DNA of 35,882 nt from a virus (Duplodnaviria > Caudoviricetes): positions 1 through 35,882 of the IMG/VR virus record IMGVR_UViG_3300011334_000183; one strand, written 5' to 3'. Below the pieces are notes generated by a model. The model searched no databases, was not told where the DNA came from, and was given only the letters and a program-made list of their open reading frames with translations. Both the position numbers and the translations under genes were made by a program. Every line of letters starts with the position of its first letter. The first letter of the stretch is position 1. This document shows positions 17,669-27,870 of this stretch, in pieces.

Positions 17669-17937
17669 TGAAGAAGCACACCAAACTATACCTAAAATTC
17701 TTTGGCTTTGATGAGAGCGACTTCATACCTTGTGAGATTTGTGGAGGTTTAGCAGTTGATATTCATCACATAGAAGCAAGAGGAATGGGTGGCACAAAGC
17801 AACCGGATACGATTGATAACCTTATGGCACTATGCAGAGAACATCATATGGAATTTGGCGATAAGAAGCAACACAAACAATACCTATACAATACACACGA
17901 GTTTTATATTGAATTAAGAAAAAGAGGTAAACTATAA
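17668..17937 (+). CDS. HNH endonuclease (packaging-associated)
   Basis: CEICG...DIHHI...NLMALCREHH, upstream of the terminase genes. Confidence 0.88.
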   Translation: MKKHTKLYLKFFGFDESDFIPCEICGGLAVDIHHIEARGMGGTKQPDTIDNLMALCREHHMEFGDKKQHKQYLYNTHEFYIELRKRGKL

Positions 17938-18059
17938 TGGCAAAGAAAGCAACTGCATCATCGCAAAAAGTATCGTTCGGAAAACGCAAAATGGGTAAAG
18001 CCAAGAAGCACAAGAACAAGCGTGATGACGCCAAGAAATATAGAGGTCAAGGAAGATAA
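17937..18059 (+). CDS. Small highly basic protein (40 aa) ending KKYRGQGR, not in ORF track
   Basis: MAKKATASSQKVSFGKRKMGKAKKHKNKRDDAKKYRGQGR; TAATG-coupled to the HNH gene. Confidence 0.7.
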   Translation: MAKKATASSQKVSFGKRKMGKAKKHKNKRDDAKKYRGQGR

Positions 18060-18060
18060 T

Positions 18061-18082
18061 TAATAGTGAGATAATAGTGAGG
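18061..18082 (+). repeat. 11-bp tandem repeat TAATAGTGAG(A/G) x2
   Basis: Seen directly; fills the gap before terS. Confidence 0.8.
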
Positions 18083-18084
18083 AA

Positions 18085-18459
18085 ATGGCTAATAACGAAA
18101 ATTTAAAACCATTCAAGAAAGGCGAAGTCGCTAATCCAAATGGTAGACCAAGAAAGTATGTATCCGAGTTACGTTCCCAAGGCTACAAGCTGGGAGAAGT
18201 AAACGATGCAATACAAGTATTAATGTCAATGACAATAGATGAACTCAAAGAGGTTTACACAAATCCGAAGGCTACGGTACTTGAAAAAACTATCGCAAGT
18301 GCAATCCGGAAATCAATTGAGAAAGGAAGTTTGTATTCCATTGAAACATTGCTCACAAGAGTATATGGTAAACCCAAAGAACAAGTAGACCTAAACGCTT
18401 CCGGTGGTATGGAGATAAAGGTTATTTACAAAGATGGAAGTAACGATAGAACTGAATAA
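18085..18459 (+). CDS. terS: Terminase small subunit
   Basis: NLKPFKKG..NPNGRP N-terminus and YGKPKE C-terminus; overlaps terL. Confidence 0.8.
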   Translation: MANNENLKPFKKGEVANPNGRPRKYVSELRSQGYKLGEVNDAIQVLMSMTIDELKEVYTNPKATVLEKTIASAIRKSIEKGSLYSIETLLTRVYGKPKEQVDLNASGGMEIKVIYKDGSNDRTE

Positions 18460-19597
18460 GCCACACGATGGACAACGTGCAGTATTAGAAAGCGATGCGA
18501 GGTTCAAGGTGCTTATGTGTGGTCGTAGGTGGGGAAAGTCACTTATAAGTAAAAACATATCTATACAAGAAGCATTAGCCGGTCGGGTTACTGCTTATGT
18601 TACTCCAACATACAAGCTGGCAAAAGTATTCTTTGATGATATTGCCAAATTAGTTCCAACACAAATAGCGATAGCAAACAAGTCGGACTTGATATTCAAG
18701 TTTGTAACCGGTGGTGAGATACGTTTCTTTACCGGTGAACGCTTGGATGATTTTCGTGGTTTGAAATTCCACAATGTTATCATTGATGAAGCAGCCTACA
18801 TACCACACCTACAAGATGCTTGGAACAACGCTATTAGACCGACCTTAACGGACTTCAAAGGCTCGGCTACGTTTATCTCTACCCCGAGGGGAAAGGACTT
18901 CTTCTATGGTCTTTATTTGCGTGATGAGGGAGAATGGAAGTCTTTTAAATATACCACTTATGAAAATCCTTATATAGATAAAAATGAAATCGACCAAGCA
19001 AAAATTGAATTACCTAAAGCAGCGTTTGAGCAAGAGTATCTTGTTAATCCGATGGAGAATGCAGCTAATCCGTTTGGTATTGACTTTATACGCCAAAACA
19101 TTGCGCCTTTATCCAACAATAACCCTATTTGCTACGGCATTGACCTTGCTAAATCTTATGATTATACCGTTATTATTGGCATTGACGCTGGTGGTGAAGT
19201 TTGTTATTTTGATAGGTTCCAATCTGATTGGTCTACTACGAAGAATAAGATATTAAGATTAGACAAGGTTCTGAAACTAATTGATGCAACTGGTGTAGGC
19301 GACCCGATAGTTGAGGAGTTACAACGTGATGACCATTTGGTTGAGGGTTTCAAGTTTACAAGCAATAGCAAGCAACAACTTATGGAGGGACTGGTAACTT
19401 CCATTCAGCAGGGTGCTATTAAATATCCGGATGGTATTATTGTTGAGGAGTTAAGCATCTTTGAATACCAATACACAAACACCGGTGTAAGATATTCTGC
19501 ACCCAATGGACTTCACGATGATGCGGTTTGTTCTTTAGCATTGGCTAACAAGATATTTATGAAGTCGCAATCGTTTGGTAAGTACGCATTAATTTAG
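18434..19597 (+). CDS. terL: Terminase large subunit
   Basis: Walker A CGRRWGKS, Walker B IIDEAA, STP coupling motif, nuclease motifs GIDLA and HDDAV. Confidence 0.95.
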   Translation: MEVTIELNKPHDGQRAVLESDARFKVLMCGRRWGKSLISKNISIQEALAGRVTAYVTPTYKLAKVFFDDIAKLVPTQIAIANKSDLIFKFVTGGEIRFFTGERLDDFRGLKFHNVIIDEAAYIPHLQDAWNNAIRPTLTDFKGSATFISTPRGKDFFYGLYLRDEGEWKSFKYTTYENPYIDKNEIDQAKIELPKAAFEQEYLVNPMENAANPFGIDFIRQNIAPLSNNNPICYGIDLAKSYDYTVIIGIDAGGEVCYFDRFQSDWSTTKNKILRLDKVLKLIDATGVGDPIVEELQRDDHLVEGFKFTSNSKQQLMEGLVTSIQQGAIKYPDGIIVEELSIFEYQYTNTGVRYSAPNGLHDDAVCSLALANKIFMKSQSFGKYALI

Positions 19598-19609
19598 CAT
19601 CTTTACGTT

Positions 19610-19804
19610 ATGAAAGAATTAGCGTTTAAGTTTTTCGACGAGATGAAAGCTGGGAAAGTAGTAGCCATAAAAGAGATAGCGAAGAAAGATCCGGAAGCAT
19701 TCAAACAATACCTACGAGATTATATTGACTTGGGTGGAAACATAACCATTTCAAGCGATTGGAAGAAGTTCCGTAAGGATAGCGACTCAAAAGATTTTAC
19801 ATAG
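19610..19804 (+). CDS. Hypothetical protein
   Basis: 64-aa ORF between terL and a terminator. Confidence 0.65.
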   Translation: MKELAFKFFDEMKAGKVVAIKEIAKKDPEAFKQYLRDYIDLGGNITISSDWKKFRKDSDSKDFT

Positions 19805-19828
19805 GAACAAAGGTATGTTCCTTTTTTT
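19803..19828 (+). terminator. Rho-independent terminator
   Basis: AGGAACA-AAGGTA-TGTTCCT followed by a T-run. Confidence 0.7.
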
Positions 19829-19834
19829 ATTCAC

Positions 19835-19843
19835 TTATATTTA
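19835..19843 (+). promoter_or_regulatory. Putative late promoter box TTATATTTA, 5 nt before ATG
   Basis: Immediately after a terminator, with the same spacing as the other copies. Confidence 0.6.
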
Positions 19844-19848
19844 ATAAT

Positions 19849-20517
19849 ATGAAGCATTGGAATAACATCACAATAGAGGACTACCAATTTATTTATGGTA
19901 TAATCATTGATGAGAATTTAAACGACTTTGACAAAGAGGTTAAACTGGTAGCGTTTATAAACGGATTAACGGAAGAAGAATTAGATAATTTATCTATTGA
20001 AGCGTTTAAAGACCTAAAATCAACAATAAATTTCTTGCACGATGGTAAGATTGAAGGTAATGTTCAAAGTATTATAAAAGCAAATGGTAGAGAATACGCA
20101 CTATCGTTAGATGCTTTTAAAATAACGTATGGTCAATATGTAGATTTGACTTCGTTTATGAGTGCCGATGGTGGTTTGTTTGGAAACTTACATTCAGTTA
20201 TGGCATCAATAGCACGACCGGTTAAAAGAACTTGGTATGGTGTTAAGGTTGCGCAAGATTATGGTAGCAGAGATTATAACGAAGTAGCAGACGATATGTT
20301 AAAAGCAAACTTCTCTGATTGCTATAACACTTGTGTTTTTTTTTGCAAACTTATGAACGACTTAATAAGAAGTACAATTCGTTATTCGGTAAAAGATTTG
20401 TTGAGAACGAAGAAGGTAACGAAGGAGAAGTTGAGAGAAATGTTGAAACCTTTGGAGAACGATGGGGATGGGTTTACAATGCTGAACTTATTAAAGGATT
20501 TGAAGGCATTAAGTTAG
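19849..20517 (+). CDS. Putative tail assembly chaperone (G-like, unshifted product)
   Basis: W..IT...Y...ITYGQYVDL pattern; contains a T9 slippery site leading into an overlapping -1 ORF. Confidence 0.65.
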   Translation: MKHWNNITIEDYQFIYGIIIDENLNDFDKEVKLVAFINGLTEEELDNLSIEAFKDLKSTINFLHDGKIEGNVQSIIKANGREYALSLDAFKITYGQYVDLTSFMSADGGLFGNLHSVMASIARPVKRTWYGVKVAQDYGSRDYNEVADDMLKANFSDCYNTCVFFCKLMNDLIRSTIRYSVKDLLRTKKVTKEKLREMLKPLENDGDGFTMLNLLKDLKALS

Positions 20518-20639
20518 ATGAGGTTTGGAATTTACCAATTATACAAGCGTTAAATGGATTGGCTTATTTAAAAGATAAAGCAAGGAACGAAAAAGAACAA
20601 ATACAAGAGATGAATAAATCGAATGGCAACGGGATTTGA
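20343..20639 (+). CDS. -1 frameshift extension of the tail assembly chaperone (GT-like, ~263 aa total)
   Basis: T-run at 20336-20344. The -1 frame reads FFLQTYERL...WGW...LAYLKDK and has no ATG start of its own near the 5' end. Confidence 0.65.
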   Translation: MQTYERLNKKYNSLFGKRFVENEEGNEGEVERNVETFGERWGWVYNAELIKGFEGIKLDEVWNLPIIQALNGLAYLKDKARNEKEQIQEMNKSNGNGI

Positions 20640-21249
20640 GAATATAGGTAGTAGTAGTGGTGGTTATACTTCGGCAAGAAACATTACAAGTGGTAAAGTA
20701 AAATTTACCGGTATTGAAGGTGTTCTTACAAAGTATGCAATTCTAATTCAATTAGAAGCAAGAAGAAACCTAAACAAAGTAAACCCTATTTATGGCAACG
20801 ATAAGAACGCAAGTGGTAAGTTAAGTGCAAGTATTGATGTACAACCGGTTGAATATGAGAATGGTAATTACTCGATAGCCATTGAACTACTTGATTATTA
20901 TATCAATGTAAATGATGGTCGTGGTGCTAATAAGCGTAGACCACCGATAAGTAAGATACGCCAATGGATTATAGCAAAACAATTACGTTTGCAAGATGGT
21001 GGAACTACAAAGAAAGGTTATAAAAAGCCGGGTACTTTAATCAGCAGTAGCAAGAAAAAAGTAACTCTTGGGAATAAAAAAATGTCAATATTAGATGCGA
21101 CTGCCATACGCATTGCTTCAAGTATTGGGAAAAAAGGAATTAAGCCTACATATTTTTGGGATAAGGCTATTGAGAAATATAGTGACAAACTTAAAAATGA
21201 TGTGCAGGAAATTTTAGGAAAAGATATTTTAATAGTAATAGGATCATAA
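20623..21249 (+). CDS. Neck/tail completion protein (HK97 gp10-like)
   Basis: ASGKLSASI...VNDGRG...RPP...IRQWI...IASSIGKKGIKPTYFW. Confidence 0.6.
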   Translation: MATGFENIGSSSGGYTSARNITSGKVKFTGIEGVLTKYAILIQLEARRNLNKVNPIYGNDKNASGKLSASIDVQPVEYENGNYSIAIELLDYYINVNDGRGANKRRPPISKIRQWIIAKQLRLQDGGTTKKGYKKPGTLISSSKKKVTLGNKKMSILDATAIRIASSIGKKGIKPTYFWDKAIEKYSDKLKNDVQEILGKDILIVIGS

Positions 21250-21250
21250 A

Positions 21251-22492
21251 ATGGCAATAACTTATATAGAAACACCGAAGACTTGGACACCGATAAATAA
21301 TGACATGATTTATTATGTCAAAACGAATAGTGCGATTAGTAATTTATATCTTGAAATCAATGTTCAAAGCACTTTAGTTGCAAGAGTTAAACTTGTAGTT
21401 AATGCTGGTGGATATGCGTATTGTGATATTAAACAATTCTTACAATCGTTTGTAAAGAATGACCAAATGTATTTTGATAATACGTTTTGGAAAGCACTAA
21501 CTGATTTAAGTTACTTTGTAAGTTATGCAGTAGTATGTAGGGAAAGTATTGGTGGAACTGCTTATACCGATAATACAAGATATGCCTTTAATGGTCAGCT
21601 TTCATTTATTGATTTTGTTGAATATAATCAGCAATATAATACTGGATTAACACCAGTTGGTAAATTCTTAACAAATTCTCCAAGAACGCTTAAAACTGAC
21701 TTCTTACGAACTAACTTTTTAAGTTATATTGATGGTAGTCCAGCAGCAGTTCGTGTGCGTGTGCGTACTTATGAGAGTTATGCAACGCTTCCTACAAGAA
21801 TATATGAATTAGATATTGCAGATTTAAGTGCATTGGCTGGTATCATAGCAATAAGCAAGGAAGCATTAGGTGCTGATTTAACAATTTGGGACGAAGTAAC
21901 TGAACTTTGGGAAGCTATTAGTGATAGAACTTGGGACGAAATTGGTGGTTATTTGGTAAATCCAGATGTAACTAAACTTGATATATGTCTATTGAATACA
22001 GAAGGTGGTATTGTTACTGAATTATTTACCTATGAGTTAGACGATTATTGTTCTAAATACGAAAAGACAAATGTTTATTGGCAAAATTCTCTTGGTGGTT
22101 TTGATAGTTATACGTTCAATAAGGTTAAAAAGAAGCGTTATAACATTGATAGAAAATCTATCCAATCAAATCCATATTCGTTTGATAATACTGGATATTC
22201 ACAACATACTAACAATATATTTAACCTATCTAATCAAAACTATTTCAGCAATTATACGGAAGGTGTTGTTTTAAATTCAGACCTATTAACGAATGAAGAA
22301 CATACTTGGATGTGGGAATTGATTAAAGCACATTCAATTTACGTTCAACAAGTTGTGAATGGAGTTACTTATTATGTTCCAGCAGTTATAAAAGCAACCA
22401 ACTACGAACCTAAAATAACTAACGTAGATGGGTTACAAAATATTACAATTGAATTAGAGTATGGTTACGACAATATCAAGATAACTAAATAA
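21251..22492 (+). CDS. Tail tip structural protein (distal tail-like)
   Basis: C-terminal WQNSLGGFDSYTF...LNSDLL..EE..W..ELI.A motif typical of Bacteroidota siphovirus tail genes. Confidence 0.6.
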   Translation: MAITYIETPKTWTPINNDMIYYVKTNSAISNLYLEINVQSTLVARVKLVVNAGGYAYCDIKQFLQSFVKNDQMYFDNTFWKALTDLSYFVSYAVVCRESIGGTAYTDNTRYAFNGQLSFIDFVEYNQQYNTGLTPVGKFLTNSPRTLKTDFLRTNFLSYIDGSPAAVRVRVRTYESYATLPTRIYELDIADLSALAGIIAISKEALGADLTIWDEVTELWEAISDRTWDEIGGYLVNPDVTKLDICLLNTEGGIVTELFTYELDDYCSKYEKTNVYWQNSLGGFDSYTFNKVKKKRYNIDRKSIQSNPYSFDNTGYSQHTNNIFNLSNQNYFSNYTEGVVLNSDLLTNEEHTWMWELIKAHSIYVQQVVNGVTYYVPAVIKATNYEPKITNVDGLQNITIELEYGYDNIKITK

Positions 22493-24888
22493 TGGCTACT
22501 CAAAGAACACAAATATATTTAGAGGGTGTTGCACTTGACTTGGATAAGAATGTTGATATTGATTTTACTTATTCGATTGCAGATATATCCGATTTTGAAA
22601 AGCGCACTACTACGTTTTCTAAAACCATAGCATTACCAGGAACTGCACATAATGGTTTTCTTCTTGGAAACTATTTTGATTTTAATATCAATAATGATTA
22701 TAGCAATTTACTTGATAATGTAGGTGTAAACTTCAACCCATTGAAGAAAGCATTTGCAAAAGTTACGGTTGATAATGTTGAAGTGTTTGCAGGCGTTTTA
22801 AGACTCTTGGAGATAACTTCAAAAGATGGTGCGTTAGAGTTCCAATGCGCACTATTCGGTTCGTTAGGTGGCTTGTTTAGTACGTTAGGAGAGAAGCTAT
22901 TAACTGATTTAGATTTAAGTGCTTTAAATCATACTTATAATATAAGTACAATAACTAATTCTTGGGATACTATTAATTTAGTTTCTCAAGGATATGTATA
23001 TCCCAATGCTAATTATGGTCTTGGTGTAAATGCTGCTGAAACCGAATATGATGTAAAAAATTTTAGACCTGCTATTTCGGTTAAAAGATTATTTGATGAG
23101 ATAATATCACAAGCTGGTTATATATATACCGGAACATTTTGGAATAGCAATAACCTTGATAAATTAATTCTTCAAAATGGAGAAGAAAAGTTTAGTGCAT
23201 TTTATAATCAATTAGCTAATGTATCATTTGCATCTTCAACCGGTGGCAATCTTTCATTTGATAGTTCTACATTAAATGGATTAGTAATTGATAATGTAAC
23301 CGGTGGTTTAAAAAGAATTAAGAATAATTCGGGAGATACTTTAAATGTAAAGTTAAATCTATCATTTGAAATAACTAATAATCTTGCAATATTTGATTAT
23401 TTAGAAATTCAAACACAAGTAAGAAATGATGCTTCTATTACCAATGTAAAGTCATACCAAAATACTAATATCATATATGGACCTGGCACTGGAACAACAA
23501 GCACATATACATATAGTATTGATTTTATTCTTGAAGATGGAGATGGTGTTAATTTTATTGCAAGTGCTTATGGATTAATTGGTGCAGCTGGTGGAACATT
23601 TACAATAACAACAAATTCGAGTGTTATAATTAATGCAAAATCATCAACCACTAAAATACCAGCTATATACAATACTACAATTCTTGGTAAATCAATAGTT
23701 CCCGAAGGAATTAAACAATCTGAATTTTTAAAGAATATAATTAACTTATTAAATCTTTATATAATTCAAGACCCCGATAATGAATTTAATCTAACATTTA
23801 TACCGCAACCAAATTTCTATACTGGAGATGTAATTGATTGGACTGATAAAAAAGATTTAGATAAAGGGTTTAGCATTAAACCATCTACCGAGTTTACACC
23901 AAAATCATATTCATTCAAATATAAAGATGATACCGATTATTATTGTAAAATATATAAAAATAAATATGCCAATAATTATGGAGATTTAAAGTATGAAACT
24001 GAAAATGAATTTAGCAAAGACGATGTTGCAACTGAATTTGTTTTCTCATTAGCACCTATTGTAAACACTGGTAATAGTGATAGGTTAATGGCACAACTTT
24101 ATGATATAAATACAGATGGCTCTTATAAACAAGTAAAATGTAATCCTAAATTATCATTTTGGGGTGGTAAAAAAATAACATCTTATACATATTCAATTAA
24201 AAATGGAACGAGTGTTCTTGCTTCTGCATTGACTAATTACGGATATGCTGGACATATATATAATGTTGCAAATATAAATTCTGGAAGTTTATCTGATTTA
24301 TGTTATTCAATTCCAAAGGAAATTTATTTTAGTATAGCAACTTATCCAACATTGAACCTTTACTACTTATTCTATAAAAAATTTATTGATAGTCAAAATA
24401 ACAAAGATAGCAAATTGGTAATACTTTATTTATTGCTCAACTCCATTGATATAATGAATTTGAGTTTCAGAAAATATATTAAGATTGATAATGGTCTTTA
24501 CTATATAAATAAGATTGATGGTTATAATCCATTATCAAATGATTTAACAAAGGTAGAATTATTACGTATTGTTGCTATTGAGGAACTTACAAAATATGTT
24601 ACTTATACACCAAGTCCGGTTGAAGCATTTTTATCATTCCCAAAAGTTACGATAGATAAAGCATTAACATTTAATAAATCATTCAATGTTCAATGGCAAT
24701 TTAATTCGAGTGGAACAATTACAAGTGGAACACAAACAATTGCAGTAGGTGCAGGACAATTATTTGGAAATGGAACTCCTATCGCAGCTGGTGGAACAAC
24801 CGGATATTTCACTTTTATTAGAATACTTGAGCCTACAAGTGATAGTGGTTATATTTATGTATATGGTGGAGATTATAGCACTCTTTAA
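22492..24888 (+). CDS. Tail tip/baseplate hub protein
   Basis: 798 aa; LDL...FTYSIADI.DF..R...FSKTI.LPGT N-terminus and YYINKI..YNP...TKVELL near the C-terminus. Confidence 0.65.
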   Translation: MATQRTQIYLEGVALDLDKNVDIDFTYSIADISDFEKRTTTFSKTIALPGTAHNGFLLGNYFDFNINNDYSNLLDNVGVNFNPLKKAFAKVTVDNVEVFAGVLRLLEITSKDGALEFQCALFGSLGGLFSTLGEKLLTDLDLSALNHTYNISTITNSWDTINLVSQGYVYPNANYGLGVNAAETEYDVKNFRPAISVKRLFDEIISQAGYIYTGTFWNSNNLDKLILQNGEEKFSAFYNQLANVSFASSTGGNLSFDSSTLNGLVIDNVTGGLKRIKNNSGDTLNVKLNLSFEITNNLAIFDYLEIQTQVRNDASITNVKSYQNTNIIYGPGTGTTSTYTYSIDFILEDGDGVNFIASAYGLIGAAGGTFTITTNSSVIINAKSSTTKIPAIYNTTILGKSIVPEGIKQSEFLKNIINLLNLYIIQDPDNEFNLTFIPQPNFYTGDVIDWTDKKDLDKGFSIKPSTEFTPKSYSFKYKDDTDYYCKIYKNKYANNYGDLKYETENEFSKDDVATEFVFSLAPIVNTGNSDRLMAQLYDINTDGSYKQVKCNPKLSFWGGKKITSYTYSIKNGTSVLASALTNYGYAGHIYNVANINSGSLSDLCYSIPKEIYFSIATYPTLNLYYLFYKKFIDSQNNKDSKLVILYLLLNSIDIMNLSFRKYIKIDNGLYYINKIDGYNPLSNDLTKVELLRIVAIEELTKYVTYTPSPVEAFLSFPKVTIDKALTFNKSFNVQWQFNSSGTITSGTQTIAVGAGQLFGNGTPIAAGGTTGYFTFIRILEPTSDSGYIYVYGGDYSTL

Positions 24889-24898
24889 AATTTAAACA

Positions 24899-26599
24899 AT
24901 GGCAAAACAAGTAATAGGATTTGAAGCAACACTCGATGGTGCAAAGGTTGAGAAATCGGTAAAGAGTATAAAGACCGAATTAAGAGAAGCGCAGAATGAA
25001 GCGATTAATCTTGCAAGAAAGTTTGGTGACACTTCTACTGAAGCATTGCAAGCAGCTCAAAGGGTTGCTAAATTAAAAGATGAAGTAGGAGATTTTAAGC
25101 AAAGGGTAGATGCGTTAAACCCCGATGCCAAATTTCGTGCATTAGGTCAATCATTGCAAGGTGTAGCCGGTGGGTTTGCAGGTCTACAAGGTGCTATCGG
25201 TTTATTTGGTACTGAAAGTAAAGATTTAGAAAAGCAATTACTTAAAGTTCAAAGTGCATTAGCATTATCGCAAGGGTTAGATGCTATTCTTGAAAGCAAA
25301 GATGCTTTTGCCAACTTAAAAATCGTAGCAGTAAATGCTTTTAATTCAATTAAAACTGCTATTGGTTCAACTGGTATAGGTTTACTTGTTGTTGCATTAG
25401 GAACAATATATGCTTATTGGGATGATATTAAAGCAGCAGTTACTGGTGTTACCGAAGAACAAAAAAAACTTACAATACAATCTGAAAAAAATGTAAAAAC
25501 AGAACAAGATAAACTATCTGAACTTGATAGCCAAGATGAAGTATTAAAACAACAAGGTTTATCTGAACGCCAAATATTAAAATTAAAAGAACAACAAACA
25601 CAAGAAATAATTAAGCAGCAAATACTTCAATTAGAAGGTGCTAAAATGGCTGCTGAAAAAGAATTAGAATTAACTACAAGTAGATATGCAAAAACTGCTG
25701 CAATGGTTAGTTCTTTTGCTGGTACTTCTATTGGATTAAGTGTTGCTGGATTATTATTCAACCCAGCTGAAACTCAAAAAAAGAGTTCAGAAACAATCAA
25801 TATATTAGATAAAAATTTAAAAGAAAGTAGAAATAAATTAGCTGGTTATCAAAATCAAATAAAACAAATTGACATAGCCGAAGCTAAAGAAGCAACAAGT
25901 AAAAAAGAAAAAGCAATAGAAACTGAAAGGACAAATGAACTTGAAAGATTAAAAGGTATTCAAGCAGTTAGTGTAGGTGTAAACCAAGAAACAAATAACT
26001 TGATTTTTGCAAGTAATGTATCTGCTGCTAAAATGAATGCAGATGTCCAAAAGTGGAATACACAAATGGAAGATGAGCAATCTAAAGCAAGACAAAAAAT
26101 AAACGAACAAGAGTTTGTTGCAAAGCAAGAAAATGCAAAAAAATATTCTGCATTGATAGGTGGTTTTGCTGATTTGGCTGGTAGACAAACCGGTGTAGGA
26201 AAAACATTGGCAGTAGCAGAGGCAACTATTAATACTTACTTGGCTGCTTCACAAGTATTATCGGCTAAATCTCCACAATATATTGTAAATCCTTTTTTAC
26301 GTTTTTCTTCTGCTGCATTAACCATTGCAATGGGTTTAAAAAATGTAAAAAGTATTTTATCTGTTAAGGTTCCTAATGGTGGTGGAGCTGGTGGTAGTTT
26401 ACCAAGCGATGGTGGTGCTGCATCTGCACCTACACAAGCACCTATTGCTTCGGCAGTTCAAGTTTCACAAACTCAATCTGTAGGAACAAGTTCAGTTAAT
26501 ATAGCAAATCAAAGCGCAGTTAAGGCATTTGTTGTTGAACGTGATATTACTGATAGCCAAGATAGAATATCAAAAATAAAATCTGCTGCTACATTTTAA
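24899..26599 (+). CDS. Tape measure protein
   Basis: Ala/Gly/Lys/Gln-rich helical protein with hydrophobic stretches (STGIGLLVVALG) and a C-terminal KAFVVERDIT. Confidence 0.8.
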   Translation: MAKQVIGFEATLDGAKVEKSVKSIKTELREAQNEAINLARKFGDTSTEALQAAQRVAKLKDEVGDFKQRVDALNPDAKFRALGQSLQGVAGGFAGLQGAIGLFGTESKDLEKQLLKVQSALALSQGLDAILESKDAFANLKIVAVNAFNSIKTAIGSTGIGLLVVALGTIYAYWDDIKAAVTGVTEEQKKLTIQSEKNVKTEQDKLSELDSQDEVLKQQGLSERQILKLKEQQTQEIIKQQILQLEGAKMAAEKELELTTSRYAKTAAMVSSFAGTSIGLSVAGLLFNPAETQKKSSETINILDKNLKESRNKLAGYQNQIKQIDIAEAKEATSKKEKAIETERTNELERLKGIQAVSVGVNQETNNLIFASNVSAAKMNADVQKWNTQMEDEQSKARQKINEQEFVAKQENAKKYSALIGGFADLAGRQTGVGKTLAVAEATINTYLAASQVLSAKSPQYIVNPFLRFSSAALTIAMGLKNVKSILSVKVPNGGGAGGSLPSDGGAASAPTQAPIASAVQVSQTQSVGTSSVNIANQSAVKAFVVERDITDSQDRISKIKSAATF

Positions 26600-26604
26600 A
26601 CAAT

Positions 26605-26613
26605 TTATATTTA
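26605..26613 (+). promoter_or_regulatory. Putative late promoter box TTATATTTA, 5 nt before ATG
   Basis: Intergenic, upstream of the head operon. Confidence 0.6.
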
Positions 26614-26618
26614 AAGAT

Positions 26619-27206
26619 ATGGACTTACCAATTTATAAACTAATAATCAATTCGGATTTAGAAGATGAAGCCGAAGTTGATTTTGTAGCACTGGTTGACA
26701 GACCTGCTATACAACGTAATTTCCTTGCTTTCAAAGAACGCCAAAAGTTCGAGATTATTAGCGAGGATAAACATATTTTAAGTGGCGCATTAATGATTGC
26801 TGATATGCCTATTTACCGAGATAATGAGGAGTTTGGCGAACACTATGTTGTATTTGATGCAGAAACTATTCAACAAATAGCCGAGAAGTTTTTTAAGAAA
26901 GGTTATCAATCAAACGTAAACGAGATGCACGATGCTTCAAAAACTATTGAAGGTGTTACTATGTTTGAAAGCTGGATAGTAAATCGTGATATGGGTAAGA
27001 TGCCTATCAAAGGATTTGAAGACGCCAAAGATGGTTCTTGGTTTGGTAGTTACAAAGTAGACAACGATGAAATTTGGGCAAAGGTAAAGAGTGGAGAATT
27101 TCAAGGGTTCAGCGTTGAGGGTATTTTTGGCTATGCTGATAGGTTAACCAAAGAAGAATTGATGGTTTCTCAAATAAAAAATATATTGGCACAAGCTGGT
27201 ATTTAA
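26619..27206 (+). CDS. Prohead maturation protease (XkdF-like serine protease)
   Basis: ALVDRPAI...NEMH...FESW...GSWF...VKSGEFQGFSVEG. Confidence 0.85.
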   Translation: MDLPIYKLIINSDLEDEAEVDFVALVDRPAIQRNFLAFKERQKFEIISEDKHILSGALMIADMPIYRDNEEFGEHYVVFDAETIQQIAEKFFKKGYQSNVNEMHDASKTIEGVTMFESWIVNRDMGKMPIKGFEDAKDGSWFGSYKVDNDEIWAKVKSGEFQGFSVEGIFGYADRLTKEELMVSQIKNILAQAGI

Positions 27207-27253
27207 GTTGCAATTAACAATCTATTATATATTTACATTTATACTCAAAAATT

Positions 27254-27865
27254 ATGGAAGCAAAAAAAGCATTAGAACAAATCAAAAATTTGTTGTTTGC
27301 TGACCAAGTTGCAGAAGTAGTTTCTCAAGAAGAGGTTGCAGTTGAATTTATGGAAGGCGTTTTAGCTGATGGAACAATAGTTAAGTTCGATAAGTTAGAA
27401 GCTGGTGGCACTATTTCAGTTGTAACTCCCGATGGAGAAGTTCCTGCACCGGTTGGAGAACACGAATTAGAAGATGGTACTATCGTGGTAGTATCAGAAG
27501 CAGGCGTAATTGCCGAAGTTAAAATGGCAGAGGCTGACGGAAACGAAGTTGAGGTAGAAGTTGAAATGTCTGAAGAAGATGAAACTCCTATCGTAGCAGA
27601 AGAAGAAGTTGTTGCTGAACCACAAGTTGATAAATTCGCTGAAATCAGTGAGCAATTCAATTCTAAACTTGCTGAAGTTGAAACCAAAGTAGATATGCTA
27701 AATGATGTTACCAAGAGATTGGTAGAATTTATGGAAGCGTTTGCAAAGGTAGAAACTGCACAAGAAACACAAGCACCTAAAAATGCATTTGCGGCACAAA
27801 ACAAAGTAAGCAAAGCCGATGCTTACAAAAAATTACAAAACATTTTTTCACAAATTAAAAAATAA
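27254..27865 (+). CDS. Capsid scaffolding-like acidic protein
   Basis: Very Glu-rich with APVGEHELEDG; lies between protease and capsid genes. Confidence 0.65.
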   Translation: MEAKKALEQIKNLLFADQVAEVVSQEEVAVEFMEGVLADGTIVKFDKLEAGGTISVVTPDGEVPAPVGEHELEDGTIVVVSEAGVIAEVKMAEADGNEVEVEVEMSEEDETPIVAEEEVVAEPQVDKFAEISEQFNSKLAEVETKVDMLNDVTKRLVEFMEAFAKVETAQETQAPKNAFAAQNKVSKADAYKKLQNIFSQIKK

Positions 27866-27870
27866 ATAAA

